Source of the DNA: Actinomycetes bacterium
GTDB lineage: Bacteria > Actinomycetota > CALGFH01
Assembly: GCA_036000965.1 (NCBI GenBank)
Contig: DASYUT010000265.1
Span: 24,555-88,554 of the forward strand
Direction: 5' to 3'
DNA: 64,000 nt
This document shows, piece after piece, positions 16,400 through 25,448 of the stretch (its first letter is position 1; each line of letters starts with the position of its first letter). Made by a program: the position numbers and the translations under genes. Below the pieces are notes generated by a model, which had not been told where the DNA came from, did not search any database, and saw only the letters and a program-made list of their open reading frames with translations.

Positions 16400-16442
16400 G
16401 CTGGAGGCGGCCCGGCCCGCACCTGAGCGGGAGGCGGCCCGG

Positions 16443-17417
16443 TCAGCGCGGCACCCGGGCCCGGGTTCCGAGGCCCGTCACCGTCTCGCGGTGCAGGTCC
16501 AGGACGAGTGCCTCCGCCCCGCCGAGGCGAGCCCGCAGCGCCCCCGAGCCGTCCAGGACGGCGACCGGCTCGCAGGCGAGGCCACGGTCGAGGAACGGCG
16601 CCCGGCAGGCGTCCACCTTGCCGGGCGGCGCGCAGAGCAGGAACGCGAAGGCTGGGAAGGCGACGAGCCAGCGGGCCAGGGACACCCCGGCCGGGCGGGG
16701 CAGGGCGTCCAGGTCGACGGTGGCGCCCAGCCTGCCGTACTCGAGCAGCATCGCAAGCGAGCCGAGCAGCCCCGCCATGCTGACGTCCTTGGCCGCCACG
16801 CAGGCACCCGACTCGGCCACGCGGGGCAGCAGGCGGACGTCGTCGGCGACGGCGGCGCCGCGCTGCGGCAGCGACGCGAAGAACGGGAAGTCCTCCCGCA
16901 TCGTCCCGTCCAGGCAGCAGGCGACCAGCAGGGTCTGGCCGGGGGCGGCCGCGCGCACCGACAGCACGCGTGCCGCCCGGCCGAGGCCGAACGCCGAGAT
17001 CCCCGGCGGGCCGTCCCGGATCGTGAGGTGGCCCCCCACCACGGGCACCCGGTACAGCTCGGACGCGTGCCGCATGCCCTCCAGGGCGCGCCGGGCGAGC
17101 GGCTCGGAGGCGACCACGGTGTCCACGATCGCCAGCGGCCAGGCCCCCATGGCGGCCAGGTCGTTCACGTTGGTGAGCACCGCGGCGACGCCGGCGGCGA
17201 ACGGGTCGGCCTCCACGAAGCGGGTCAGGAGCGCCTCGCCTCCGACCACCAGCGAGCAGGCTCCGTCGCTGACGACGGCCCCGTCGTCACCCGGCCCGCT
17301 GCGCCAGTCCGTGGGCCCGAGCACCTCGGTCACCAGCCCCAGCGGGGACTTGCCGCGCAGGCCGGCGTGCGCGCGGACCCCGTTCACGACCTCCTCGAGC
17401 AGCGCCGCCGCTCCCAT
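16443..17417 (-). CDS. AIR synthase-related (PurM-like superfamily) protein
   Basis: PurM-like motifs DDGAVV, NVNDLAAMGAWPL and VVGGHLT. ATG at 17417 with GGGGAGGAG 6 nt upstream. Confidence 0.7.
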   Translation of the reverse strand: MGAAALLEEVVNGVRAHAGLRGKSPLGLVTEVLGPTDWRSGPGDDGAVVSDGACSLVVGGEALLTRFVEADPFAAGVAAVLTNVNDLAAMGAWPLAIVDTVVASEPLARRALEGMRHASELYRVPVVGGHLTIRDGPPGISAFGLGRAARVLSVRAAAPGQTLLVACCLDGTMREDFPFFASLPQRGAAVADDVRLLPRVAESGACVAAKDVSMAGLLGSLAMLLEYGRLGATVDLDALPRPAGVSLARWLVAFPAFAFLLCAPPGKVDACRAPFLDRGLACEPVAVLDGSGALRARLGGAEALVLDLHRETVTGLGTRARVPR

Positions 17418-17418
17418 C

Positions 17419-17506
17419 CCTGCTCCTCCCCGGCGTGCGCGCACGCCTCTTGAGGAAGATCCCATGACCGTCTTGAGGAAGATCACATGCCCGTTTACTA
17501 TACGAA
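17419..17506. promoter_or_regulatory. Divergent promoter region with a 16-bp perfect palindrome and a 23-bp direct repeat
   Basis: GGCGTGCGCGCACGCC at 17428-17443. cttgaggaagatcccatgaccgt and cttgaggaagatcacatgcccgt at 17447-17492. The AT-richer stretch tttactatacgaaatg precedes the ComA start. Confidence 0.5.
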
Positions 17507-18301
17507 ATGATGGCCAGCACCGGCTTCCTCGACCTCCCGCCCCGCAGTTCCAAGCCTCGACAGGCGGGGGTCACCCACGTGCTCGACAAGGGCCTCCCCC
17601 TGGCCGAGATGGAGCCGCTCCTGGCCATCCTCGCCGACCACGTCGACCTGTGGAAGCTGGGCTGGGGGACCGCGTACCTCGACCCGACCGTCGGTGACAA
17701 GGTCGCCCTGCTGGCCCGGCACGACGTGCGCGCCTGCGTCGGCGGGACCCTCCTCGAGGTCGCCTGGGCCCAGGGCAAGGCCGAGGCCTGCCTGGCCTGG
17801 GCCTCCGGGCTCGACTTCCCCTGCGTGGAGGTGTCCAACGGCGCGGTCGGCATGCCGCTGGCCGAGAAGCGACGGCTGATCGCCGAGGCCGCCGAGGGCT
17901 TCACGGTCCTGGCCGAGGTCGGCGCGAAGGACCCGAGCGTCCCGGTCTCGCCCTCCGGCTGGGCCGCGGAGATGCTCGGCGACCTCGAGGCCGGGGCGTC
18001 CTGGGCGGTGGCCGAGGGGCGCGAGAGCGGCACCGTCGGCCTGTACCGGCCGGACGGCTCGGTACGGGAGGACGTGGTCGACGCCGTGGTGGGCGCCGTC
18101 GGCCTGCGCCCGCTGCTCTTCGAGGCCCCGGCAAAGCACCAGCAGGCCTGGCTCATCCGCCGCTTCGGCTCCGACGTGAGCCTCGGCAACGTGCCGGCCC
18201 CGGAGGTGCTCGGCCTGGAGACGCTCCGCCTCGGGCTGCGGGCCGACACGATCGAGCTGGCGCGCTCGCGCGGCACGGCCATGAGCGCGGCGGGGCCGTG
18301 A
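17507..18301 (+). CDS. comA: Phosphosulfolactate synthase (ComA) family protein
   Basis: GVTHVLDKG...HVDLWKLGWGTAYL is the ComA family pattern (GWGTS/A). First gene of a tightly coupled operon. Confidence 0.75.
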   Translation: MMASTGFLDLPPRSSKPRQAGVTHVLDKGLPLAEMEPLLAILADHVDLWKLGWGTAYLDPTVGDKVALLARHDVRACVGGTLLEVAWAQGKAEACLAWASGLDFPCVEVSNGAVGMPLAEKRRLIAEAAEGFTVLAEVGAKDPSVPVSPSGWAAEMLGDLEAGASWAVAEGRESGTVGLYRPDGSVREDVVDAVVGAVGLRPLLFEAPAKHQQAWLIRRFGSDVSLGNVPAPEVLGLETLRLGLRADTIELARSRGTAMSAAGP

Positions 18302-19182
18302 GGAACCTCGTCCCCGGCCGCTACCGCGACGTGTCGGTCGCCAGCGTCGACGGCAGCCTCAGCGCCGAGAGCCTCGGGCGCCACTTCCTCGGCCGCGAGG
18401 CCTACCGCCGCACCCGCTACGTGATCGCCCGCCGGGGCCCCGAGGCGGCCCTGGTCCAGGTGACCAAGGCGTCCGAGGTACCGCTGCTCTCGCCGATCGT
18501 CGGCGTCCGGGTGCTCGCCCCACCCGGCGAGTGCGCCGTGGTCGACGCCCCCGAGGTCGACACCGGCGTCCCCTCCCAGCTCGCGCGGGCCGCCCGCGAG
18601 CTGGCCCCCGGCGCCCGCTGCGTGGTCGTGCAGGGGCGCTACCGCCACGTCAGCTTCATCCTCGACCCCGACCCGATCCGGGTCCGCGTGGTCGAGGTCG
18701 TCCCACCGGAGCCGCCGAAGCTGCTGGACCAGGCGCGCCGGGTGCTGGAGATGGCCGAGGACCTCCCCCCGATCGAGCTGCTCCCGGTCCTCACCGACCT
18801 CACCGAGCTGGCCGGGCGGCGGCCCGCCCGGCGCTACCTGCTCCCGTGCCGGGGCTCGGGCATCCGCATCGACGGCGCCGAGACCAGGTTCCTGGACGAG
18901 CGGCCCGCCAGGGAGGAGTGGGTGCTCCTCGGCTGCACCCGCTCCCGCGAGCTGCACGGATGGTTCTACGGAGAGGAGGCCGAGGTGGTGGACATGTGCC
19001 CCCGCCGGCTGGCCGGACCGGCCGGGACCACCCCCGTGCTCACCAAGTGCTGCCTGCTCGAGGAGCACGTCGAGCGCGACGGCGCCCGCGTGACCGTCCC
19101 CTGGGGCGCCTCGCTCGACCTCGTGCGCGAGGGGCTGGCCCGCATCGCGGCCATGGCGGAGCCGGCATGGTCGCCCGCCTGA
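18298..19182 (+). CDS. Hypothetical protein
   Basis: 294-aa ORF whose GTG start overlaps the comA stop (GTGA). No recognisable family. Confidence 0.45.
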   Translation: MRNLVPGRYRDVSVASVDGSLSAESLGRHFLGREAYRRTRYVIARRGPEAALVQVTKASEVPLLSPIVGVRVLAPPGECAVVDAPEVDTGVPSQLARAARELAPGARCVVVQGRYRHVSFILDPDPIRVRVVEVVPPEPPKLLDQARRVLEMAEDLPPIELLPVLTDLTELAGRRPARRYLLPCRGSGIRIDGAETRFLDERPAREEWVLLGCTRSRELHGWFYGEEAEVVDMCPRRLAGPAGTTPVLTKCCLLEEHVERDGARVTVPWGASLDLVREGLARIAAMAEPAWSPA

Positions 19183-20543
19183 GCGACTCCGAGCTGTACG
19201 CCCACCTGTGGGGGACCGGCGAGCTGCGCGCGGTGTTCGAGGAGCGCGCCCGCCTGCAGTCCTGGCTCGACATCCTGGCCGCCCTGGCCCAGGCCCAGGC
19301 CGAGCTTGGCATCATCCCGGCCGAGGCCGCCGCGGCCGTCGCCAGGTCGGCGTCGGTGGACCGGCTCGACCTGGCGTTCGTGGCCGCCGAGACCCGGCGG
19401 ACCTCGCACTCCACGCTCGGGATCATCCGCGGCCTGGAGCGCGTGCTGCCACCCGAGGCGCACGAGTACGTCTACTACGGCGCGACCGTCCAGGACGTCA
19501 CCGACACCTGGACGGCGCTCGCGGTACGCAGGGTCGGCGCGGTCGCCTGGCGCGACCTGCGCCGGATCCGGGCCCACCTGGTCGACCTGGCGGAGCGGCA
19601 CCGCGACACGGTCATGGCCGGGCGCACGCACGGGCAGCCGGGCGCCGCGGTCACGTTCGGGTTCAAGGCCGCCTCCTGGGCCGACGAGGTCCACCGGCAC
19701 GTCGCCCGCCTGCGCGAGGGCGCGTCCCGCTGGCTGGTCGGCCAGCTCGCCGGCGCGGTGGGGACGGTGGCGTTCTTCGGCGACCAGGGGCTCGCCCTGC
19801 GGGCCCGCTTCTGCGCCCGCCTGGGGCTCGCCGACCCGGGCATCTCCTGGCTCACCTCCCGCGACCGCCTGGCCGAGTTCGGCCACCTCCTGGCCATGGT
19901 CACGGCCACCCTGGCCCGGATCGGGACCGAGGTGTACGAGCTGCAGCGGCCCGAGATCGGCGAGCTGCGCGAGCCGGCCGGGCACGAGGCGGTCGGGAGC
20001 ATCACCATGCCCCACAAGCGCAACCCGGAAGGCGCCGAGCACCTGGCCACCCTCGCCCGCCTGGTCAGGGCCCAGTCCGGCGTCCTGACCGAGAGCATGG
20101 TGGCCGAGCACGAGCGCGACGGGCGGGCCTGGAAGGCGGAGTGGCTGGCGTTCCCCGAGGCCTGCCTGCTCGCGGGCGCCGCCCTCGAGCAGGCCGAGCG
20201 GCTGCTGGCCGGGCTCGAGGTGAACACCAGGGCGATGGCGGCCAACCTGGCCGCCGGGCGTGGCTACCTCGCTTCCGAGCAGGTCCTGGCCATGCTGGCG
20301 CCCACGGTCGGCAAGCACCGGGCCCAGGCCCTGCTCCAGGAGGCGCTGCGGGCGGGGTCGGCCCTGGGCCAGCCGCTCGGGGACGCCCTGCTGGCGAGCG
20401 CGGCGCTGCGGCCGCACCTCGACCCCGACGCCCTGCGGCCGCTCCTGGCCGCCCCCGACGCCGGCTCCGCCGCCGCCATGGCCGACGAGGTCGTCCGGCG
20501 GATCCGCGCCGACGGGCAGCGCGAGGCGGGCGGGTGGCCGTGA
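19167..20543 (+). CDS. Aspartase/fumarase-superfamily lyase, adenylosuccinate-lyase-like
   Basis: Signature GSITMPHKRNPEGAEH (GSSxMPxKxNP). The N-terminal region fits the lyase_1 fold. The ATG at 19167 overlaps the upstream gene by 16 nt. Confidence 0.8.
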   Translation: MVARLSDSELYAHLWGTGELRAVFEERARLQSWLDILAALAQAQAELGIIPAEAAAAVARSASVDRLDLAFVAAETRRTSHSTLGIIRGLERVLPPEAHEYVYYGATVQDVTDTWTALAVRRVGAVAWRDLRRIRAHLVDLAERHRDTVMAGRTHGQPGAAVTFGFKAASWADEVHRHVARLREGASRWLVGQLAGAVGTVAFFGDQGLALRARFCARLGLADPGISWLTSRDRLAEFGHLLAMVTATLARIGTEVYELQRPEIGELREPAGHEAVGSITMPHKRNPEGAEHLATLARLVRAQSGVLTESMVAEHERDGRAWKAEWLAFPEACLLAGAALEQAERLLAGLEVNTRAMAANLAAGRGYLASEQVLAMLAPTVGKHRAQALLQEALRAGSALGQPLGDALLASAALRPHLDPDALRPLLAAPDAGSAAAMADEVVRRIRADGQREAGGWP

Positions 20544-21523
20544 ACCCGTCCGGCCGCTTCCGGCTCGCCACGCTCCCGACGCCGCTGGCCCGCGCGGCAC
20601 GGCTCGAGCGGGCGCTGGGCGCCCCGCCGCTGTATGTCAAGCGCGACGACCTCACCGGGTTCGCGCTCGCCGGCAACAAGGCCCGCCAGCTCGAGCTGCT
20701 CGTCGGTGACGCGGTCGGCCGCGGCTGCGACGCGCTCGTCACCGGGGCCGGCCCCGGCTCGAACTTCTGCCAGGCGGCGGCGCTGGCGGCCCGGGTCGCC
20801 GGCCTCGGCTGCGTCCTGGTCATGTACGGCGCCGAGCCGGCCTCGCCCCATCCCAACCTCGCGCTCGCCCGCGCCTCCGGGGCCGAGATCCGCTTCACCG
20901 GCCGCCCGGAGCGCGAGTCCGTCGACCCGGTCCTGGACGAGGCGGCGGCCGAGCTCGAGGCCGAGGGACGCCGGCCGTACCTGGTCCCCCGCGGCGGGTC
21001 CAGCGGTGTCGGCGCGGCCGGCTACGCCCTGGCCGCCACCGAGCTCGCCGCCCAGCTCGACGCCGAGCGGGTCGCGCCAGAGCTGGTCCTGGTCGCCGCC
21101 GGCTCCGGCAGCACCCAGGCCGGCCTGGTCGCCGGCACGGTGGCCGGGGGCCACCCCTGGCGGGTGGCGGGCGCGTCGGTCAGCCGCCCGGTGGCCGAGT
21201 GCGCCGACCAGGTGCTGCGGCTCGCCCGCGCCGCCGCGGCACTCCTCGGCCAGCCGGCCGCGGAGGCCCGGCACGTCGAGGTGTGGGACGCCCGCGGTCC
21301 CGGCTACGGGATCCCCTCCCCGGAAGGCGAGCGGGCCGCCCGGGTGGCCGCCGACACCGAAGGCCTCCTGCTGGACCCGGTGTTCACGGCCAAGGCGCTC
21401 GCCCTCCTGCCCCGTCTCGTGCACGACGGCGTCCGCGGTCCGGTCGTCTTCTGGCACACCGGCGGGACTCCCGGTGCGCTCGCGCACCTGACACGAGGAG
21501 GTGGGCGGTGCGGCAACCGGTGA
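20540..21523 (+). CDS. PLP-dependent enzyme of the ACC deaminase / D-cysteine desulfhydrase family
   Basis: LYVKRDDLTGFALAGNKARQLELL matches the KRDDL...GGNKxRKLE motif. Glycine-rich PLP loop. The GTG start overlaps the upstream stop (GTGA). Confidence 0.8.
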   Translation: MNPSGRFRLATLPTPLARAARLERALGAPPLYVKRDDLTGFALAGNKARQLELLVGDAVGRGCDALVTGAGPGSNFCQAAALAARVAGLGCVLVMYGAEPASPHPNLALARASGAEIRFTGRPERESVDPVLDEAAAELEAEGRRPYLVPRGGSSGVGAAGYALAATELAAQLDAERVAPELVLVAAGSGSTQAGLVAGTVAGGHPWRVAGASVSRPVAECADQVLRLARAAAALLGQPAAEARHVEVWDARGPGYGIPSPEGERAARVAADTEGLLLDPVFTAKALALLPRLVHDGVRGPVVFWHTGGTPGALAHLTRGGGRCGNR

Positions 21524-23007
21524 GCAGGGGGCTGGGGCCGGCGGCGGAGGCGCCCGCCCCGGAGCTGGTCGAGGCCGGCTTCGCCCTCGAGGTGGCCGAC
21601 GCGCCGCTGCTCCACCACGGGCTGAACCTGGCCGACATGGCGCACGTCCTGGACCTGCGCGCCCGCCGGGTGATGCCGGAGGAGCCGGCCCGCCGGCTGC
21701 TCCGGCTCCTGCTCGTCGCCCACCAGACGCCGGCCGCCGAGTTCCCCTACGACCCGGTCCACGGCGAGGTCTACAACTGCCGCGAGCGGTTCTTCGTCGA
21801 GCGGCTCGGCGACGACGCCGGCTGGCTGCACGCCGGGCGGCCCCGGCGCGAGGCCGGCCGGGTGGCGCTCCGGCTGCTCCTGCGGGTCCTCGTGGCCGAG
21901 CTGGTGTCGGACACGGCCGCGTTCGCCCGCGCGGTGGCCGGGCAGGCCGGCGAGCACGCCGAGACCCTCATGCCCGACCAGACCTACCTGCAGCAGGCGC
22001 AGCCGTCCACGTTCGGCCACTACGTGCTCGCCTTCGCCTACCCCGCCCTGCGCGACGCCGAGCGCCTGCTGCAGGGACTCGACTGGGTCGACCGCAGCCC
22101 GGCCGGCGCGGGCTGCGTCAACGGCAGCCGGCTGCTGGCCGACCGGACCCGGCCGGCCGACCTGCTCGGCTTCCCCGCCGTCATCGAGCACACCCGCGAC
22201 GCGATGTGGCAGACCGACGGCCTCGTCGACTTCCTGGCCACGTCGGCCAGCCTCGTCACCAACCAGAGCAAGCTGGCCGAGGACCTCGAGATCTGGGACA
22301 GCCAGGAGTTCGACTTCGTCGACCTGGCCGGCCCCTACACCCGGGCCAGCGTGCTCATGCCGCAGAAGCGCAACCCGTACGCGCTGTCCATCGTCCGGGG
22401 CGCGGCCGGGATCCTCATCGGGCGCCTCTCCGGGTTCCTGGCTGTGGTCAAGACGCCGTCGGCACGCAGCGACAACCTGATCTTCGCCTACGGGGAGGTG
22501 CCGCGCTCCCTCGAGCTGGCCGGCAGGATCACCCGCCTGACGACCGGCGTGGTGGCGAGCCTCACCGTGAACCGCGAGCGGATGCGGGAGGTGCTCCTGT
22601 CCGGCTTCTGCCAGGCCACCGACCTGGCCGAGTTCGTCATGCAGGCGTGCGGGGTCGACTACCGCACAGCCTACCTGGTGGTCGGCAGGGCGGTCCGCCA
22701 GGCCAGCCGGCAGGGGCTGCGCGGGATCGACCTGACCGGCGAGCTGCTCGACGCGGCGGCGCGCGAGCAGATCGGCCGGCCGCTCGGGCTCACCGGTCGG
22801 GACCTCGCCGAGGTCCTCGACCCGCGGGCGATCGTGCTGACCCGGCTGGCCCCCGGCGGCGCCGCACCGGAGGTCGTGCGGGGCATGGCCCGCTCCTGCA
22901 CCGAGGCCGCCGACCGGCTCCTCGCCGTGGCCGCCGGGCACGCCGAGCGCTTCCGCCTGGCCGAGGAAGCCCTGCTCAACCAGGCGCGGGAGGTGGCTCG
23001 TGGCTAG
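21508..23007 (+). CDS. Aspartase/fumarase-superfamily lyase, argininosuccinate-lyase-like
   Basis: SVLMPQKRNPYALSIVRG is the ArgH-type signature. GAGGAGG lies 6 nt before the GTG at 21508. Confidence 0.8.
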   Translation: MRQPVSRGLGPAAEAPAPELVEAGFALEVADAPLLHHGLNLADMAHVLDLRARRVMPEEPARRLLRLLLVAHQTPAAEFPYDPVHGEVYNCRERFFVERLGDDAGWLHAGRPRREAGRVALRLLLRVLVAELVSDTAAFARAVAGQAGEHAETLMPDQTYLQQAQPSTFGHYVLAFAYPALRDAERLLQGLDWVDRSPAGAGCVNGSRLLADRTRPADLLGFPAVIEHTRDAMWQTDGLVDFLATSASLVTNQSKLAEDLEIWDSQEFDFVDLAGPYTRASVLMPQKRNPYALSIVRGAAGILIGRLSGFLAVVKTPSARSDNLIFAYGEVPRSLELAGRITRLTTGVVASLTVNRERMREVLLSGFCQATDLAEFVMQACGVDYRTAYLVVGRAVRQASRQGLRGIDLTGELLDAAAREQIGRPLGLTGRDLAEVLDPRAIVLTRLAPGGAAPEVVRGMARSCTEAADRLLAVAAGHAERFRLAEEALLNQAREVARG

Positions 23008-23090
23008 GCGGGTCCGCCACGACGAACTCGAGCTCCGGCTGCCCGCGCAGCCGGTACGCCCCTTCCCAGCGGGCCGTCACCTCCATCACC

Positions 23091-24527
23091 GTGAACGCTA
23101 ACCCCCCGCCCCGGCGCGATCCAGTCCTGCTCCCCGGCGAGGTGCGGGTCGTCAACCTCGGCCTGCCGGTGTTCGGCGACGCGGTCCGGGCCCAGGGGGC
23201 GGCCGCGGTCGACGTCGACTGGCGCATCCCCGCCGGCGGCCACCCGGAGCTGGTCGCCGCCCTGGAGCGGCTCTGCGGGCCCCTCTCGGGCCGGGTGGAG
23301 ACGGCCAACCGCGAGGTGGTCCGCCGGCTCGACGAGGGGACGCCGGCCCTGACCGGGATCGCCCCGGCCGCCGAGGTGGTCCCGGGGGTGGACGCCCGGA
23401 CCGTCCTGCACTGCGGCCCTCCCCTGGACTGGGAGGACTTCTGCGACCCGCTGCGCCGCTCGGTCCGGGCCTCGGTGCTGGCCGAGGGATGGGCGTCCTC
23501 GCCGGAGGATGCCGAGCGGCTGGTGGCCACGGGACGCGTGCGGCTCGAGCCGGCCAACCATCACGCCGCGGTCGTGCCGATGGCGACCACCCTCGGCCCC
23601 TCCGCTCCCGTGTTCGTGGTCGAGAACCACCAGGGCGGGAACCGCGCGTTCTCCGGGCTCAACCAGGGGCCGGGCGCGACGGCCTGGTTCGGGATGGACG
23701 CTCCAGCGGCGGTCGAGCGGCTGGTCTGGCTGCGCGACGTCGCCGCCCCGGTGCTGGGCGCCACGATCGCCGGGACCGGGCCGGTCGAGCTGTTCCCGCT
23801 GGTCGCCCAGGGCCTACAGATGGGCGACGACGTCCACATGCGGACGCAGGCGACCACGAACCTGCTCCTGCGCCACCTGCTCCCGCAGCTCGTGGCGGTC
23901 GACTCCCCGCTCCTGGTCGAGGTGGCCCGGTTCCTGTCAGGCAACCACCTGTTCTTCCTGAACCTGGCCATGGCCGCGGCCAAGGCGGTCGCCGACTGGG
24001 CCGGCCAGGTCGCGGACTCGAGCGTGGTGGTGGGGATGGCCCGCAACGGCACCACGTTCGGCATCCGGCTGGCCGGCACCGACGGCGACGCCTGGTTCGT
24101 CGCCCCCGCCCCGCCGGTCGGCCGGGCGCTCTACTACCCGGGGTTCGGCCCGGAGGTGAGCGCGCCCGACATCGGCGACAGCGCGGTCCTCGAGCTGGTC
24201 GGGCTGGGCGGGCCGGCGGCGGCCGCGTCCCCGGCGGTGGCCGCCTTCCTGGGCGGGACGATGGCCGACGCGGCGGCGGCCACCGAGGCTGCGGACCATG
24301 TCTGCGCCGGCCGGAGCAGCCGCTTCAAGCTCCCGCTGCTCGACTTCCGTGGCGCCCCGATCGGCGTGGACGTGCGCAAGGCGGTGGAGCTCGAGATCAC
24401 CCCGTCGATCAACACCGGCATCCTCCACGCCACCGCAGGGACCGGCCAGGTCGGCGCCGGGATCGCGGAGGCGCCGATCGAGTGCTTCCGCCGGGCGCTG
24501 CTCGCCCTCGACGAGCGGCTGCGGTGA
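23091..24527 (+). CDS. ylbE: YlbE family protein (DUF1116; oxamate carbamoyltransferase subunit AllG-like)
   Basis: Strong collinear similarity to E. coli YlbE, including VFVVENHQGGNRAFSGLNQG and FFLNLAMAAAKA. The start is uncertain (GTG at 23091 or at 23142). Confidence 0.75.
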   Translation: MNANPPPRRDPVLLPGEVRVVNLGLPVFGDAVRAQGAAAVDVDWRIPAGGHPELVAALERLCGPLSGRVETANREVVRRLDEGTPALTGIAPAAEVVPGVDARTVLHCGPPLDWEDFCDPLRRSVRASVLAEGWASSPEDAERLVATGRVRLEPANHHAAVVPMATTLGPSAPVFVVENHQGGNRAFSGLNQGPGATAWFGMDAPAAVERLVWLRDVAAPVLGATIAGTGPVELFPLVAQGLQMGDDVHMRTQATTNLLLRHLLPQLVAVDSPLLVEVARFLSGNHLFFLNLAMAAAKAVADWAGQVADSSVVVGMARNGTTFGIRLAGTDGDAWFVAPAPPVGRALYYPGFGPEVSAPDIGDSAVLELVGLGGPAAAASPAVAAFLGGTMADAAAATEAADHVCAGRSSRFKLPLLDFRGAPIGVDVRKAVELEITPSINTGILHATAGTGQVGAGIAEAPIECFRRALLALDERLR

Positions 24528-24535
24528 CCAGGGCG

Positions 24536-24675
24536 GGCGCACCGGGAGCCCTGGCCCGGCTGGTGGGCGCGCCAGGCCGCACCGCAGGCGCACCGGGAGC
24601 CGCACCTGGGAGGGAGGTGCGCCGCTGCGCAGGCTGGGCGTACCAGGAGCCGCACGTGGGGAGGCGGGTGCGCCG
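24536..24675. repeat. Direct repeats (gcgcaccgggagcc...gggaggNggtgcgccg) x3 between ylbE and ylbF
   Basis: Copies at 24536, 24589 and 24638, each containing a GGGAGG-like element. Confidence 0.5.
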
Positions 24676-25446
24676 GTGAGGGCCCTCCTGGCCGGCGCGG
24701 CGGCGGCCCGCGCCCTGGCTCCCCGGGGGGACGGGGTGGTCGTGGCCTGGTTCCCGAAGGCGACCTACGTCCGGATGCCGGGAGGGCTCCTGGCCCTGAC
24801 CGCCCCGGCCGTGCCCCCAGGACCGCTGCACATGGTCCTCGACGCGCCGCTGGCGGCACGGCCGGGAGCGCCGGTGACCCGGTCGGGGAACCGGCTCCTG
24901 GTGGGCCCGGCCTGCGTCGAGCTGCACGGCGTCCGGACGTGGGCCGGGCCGCTGCCAAGCCCCGTTGAGGTGCGCCGCAGCGCCGGGCTGGTGATCGAGG
25001 CGGCGTCGGGGACGGCGGCCGGTTCGGCCCTGCTCGCCCACCCGTACCGGGAGCCGGCCCTGCACGCGCTCGAGCGCCTGCGCGCGGAAGACCTGGCCGG
25101 GGCGGTCGGGCTGCTTGCCGGCCTCGGGCCCGGGCTCACCCCGGCGGGCGACGACGCCCTGGCCGGCATGCTGCTGGCCCGGCGGGCGCTCGACGGCCCT
25201 GGCGCCGAGGCCCGGCTCCGGTCGGCGCTCAGGGCCGCCAGGACCAGCGCGTTGAGCCTGGCGTTCCTTGGCTGCGCCGCCGCCGGGCAGTCCATCGACC
25301 CGGTGCACCAGCTCCTCGGGGCCGCCGCGCGGCGGGACCCCGGGACGGCGGTGACGGCGGCCAGGGCCCTCGCAGAAGTCGGCGCCTCGTCGGGCGCCGA
25401 CTTCTGCTTCGGGCTGCTGGCCGTCCTGCCGGCCGGCGCTGGGTAG
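24676..25446 (+). CDS. ylbF: YlbF family protein (DUF2877; AllH-like)
   Basis: GLGPGLTPAGDDALAGMLLA matches the DUF2877 GxGxGLTPxGDD motif. GTG at 24676. Confidence 0.6.
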   Translation: MRALLAGAAAARALAPRGDGVVVAWFPKATYVRMPGGLLALTAPAVPPGPLHMVLDAPLAARPGAPVTRSGNRLLVGPACVELHGVRTWAGPLPSPVEVRRSAGLVIEAASGTAAGSALLAHPYREPALHALERLRAEDLAGAVGLLAGLGPGLTPAGDDALAGMLLARRALDGPGAEARLRSALRAARTSALSLAFLGCAAAGQSIDPVHQLLGAAARRDPGTAVTAARALAEVGASSGADFCFGLLAVLPAGAG

Positions 25447-25448
25447 GC

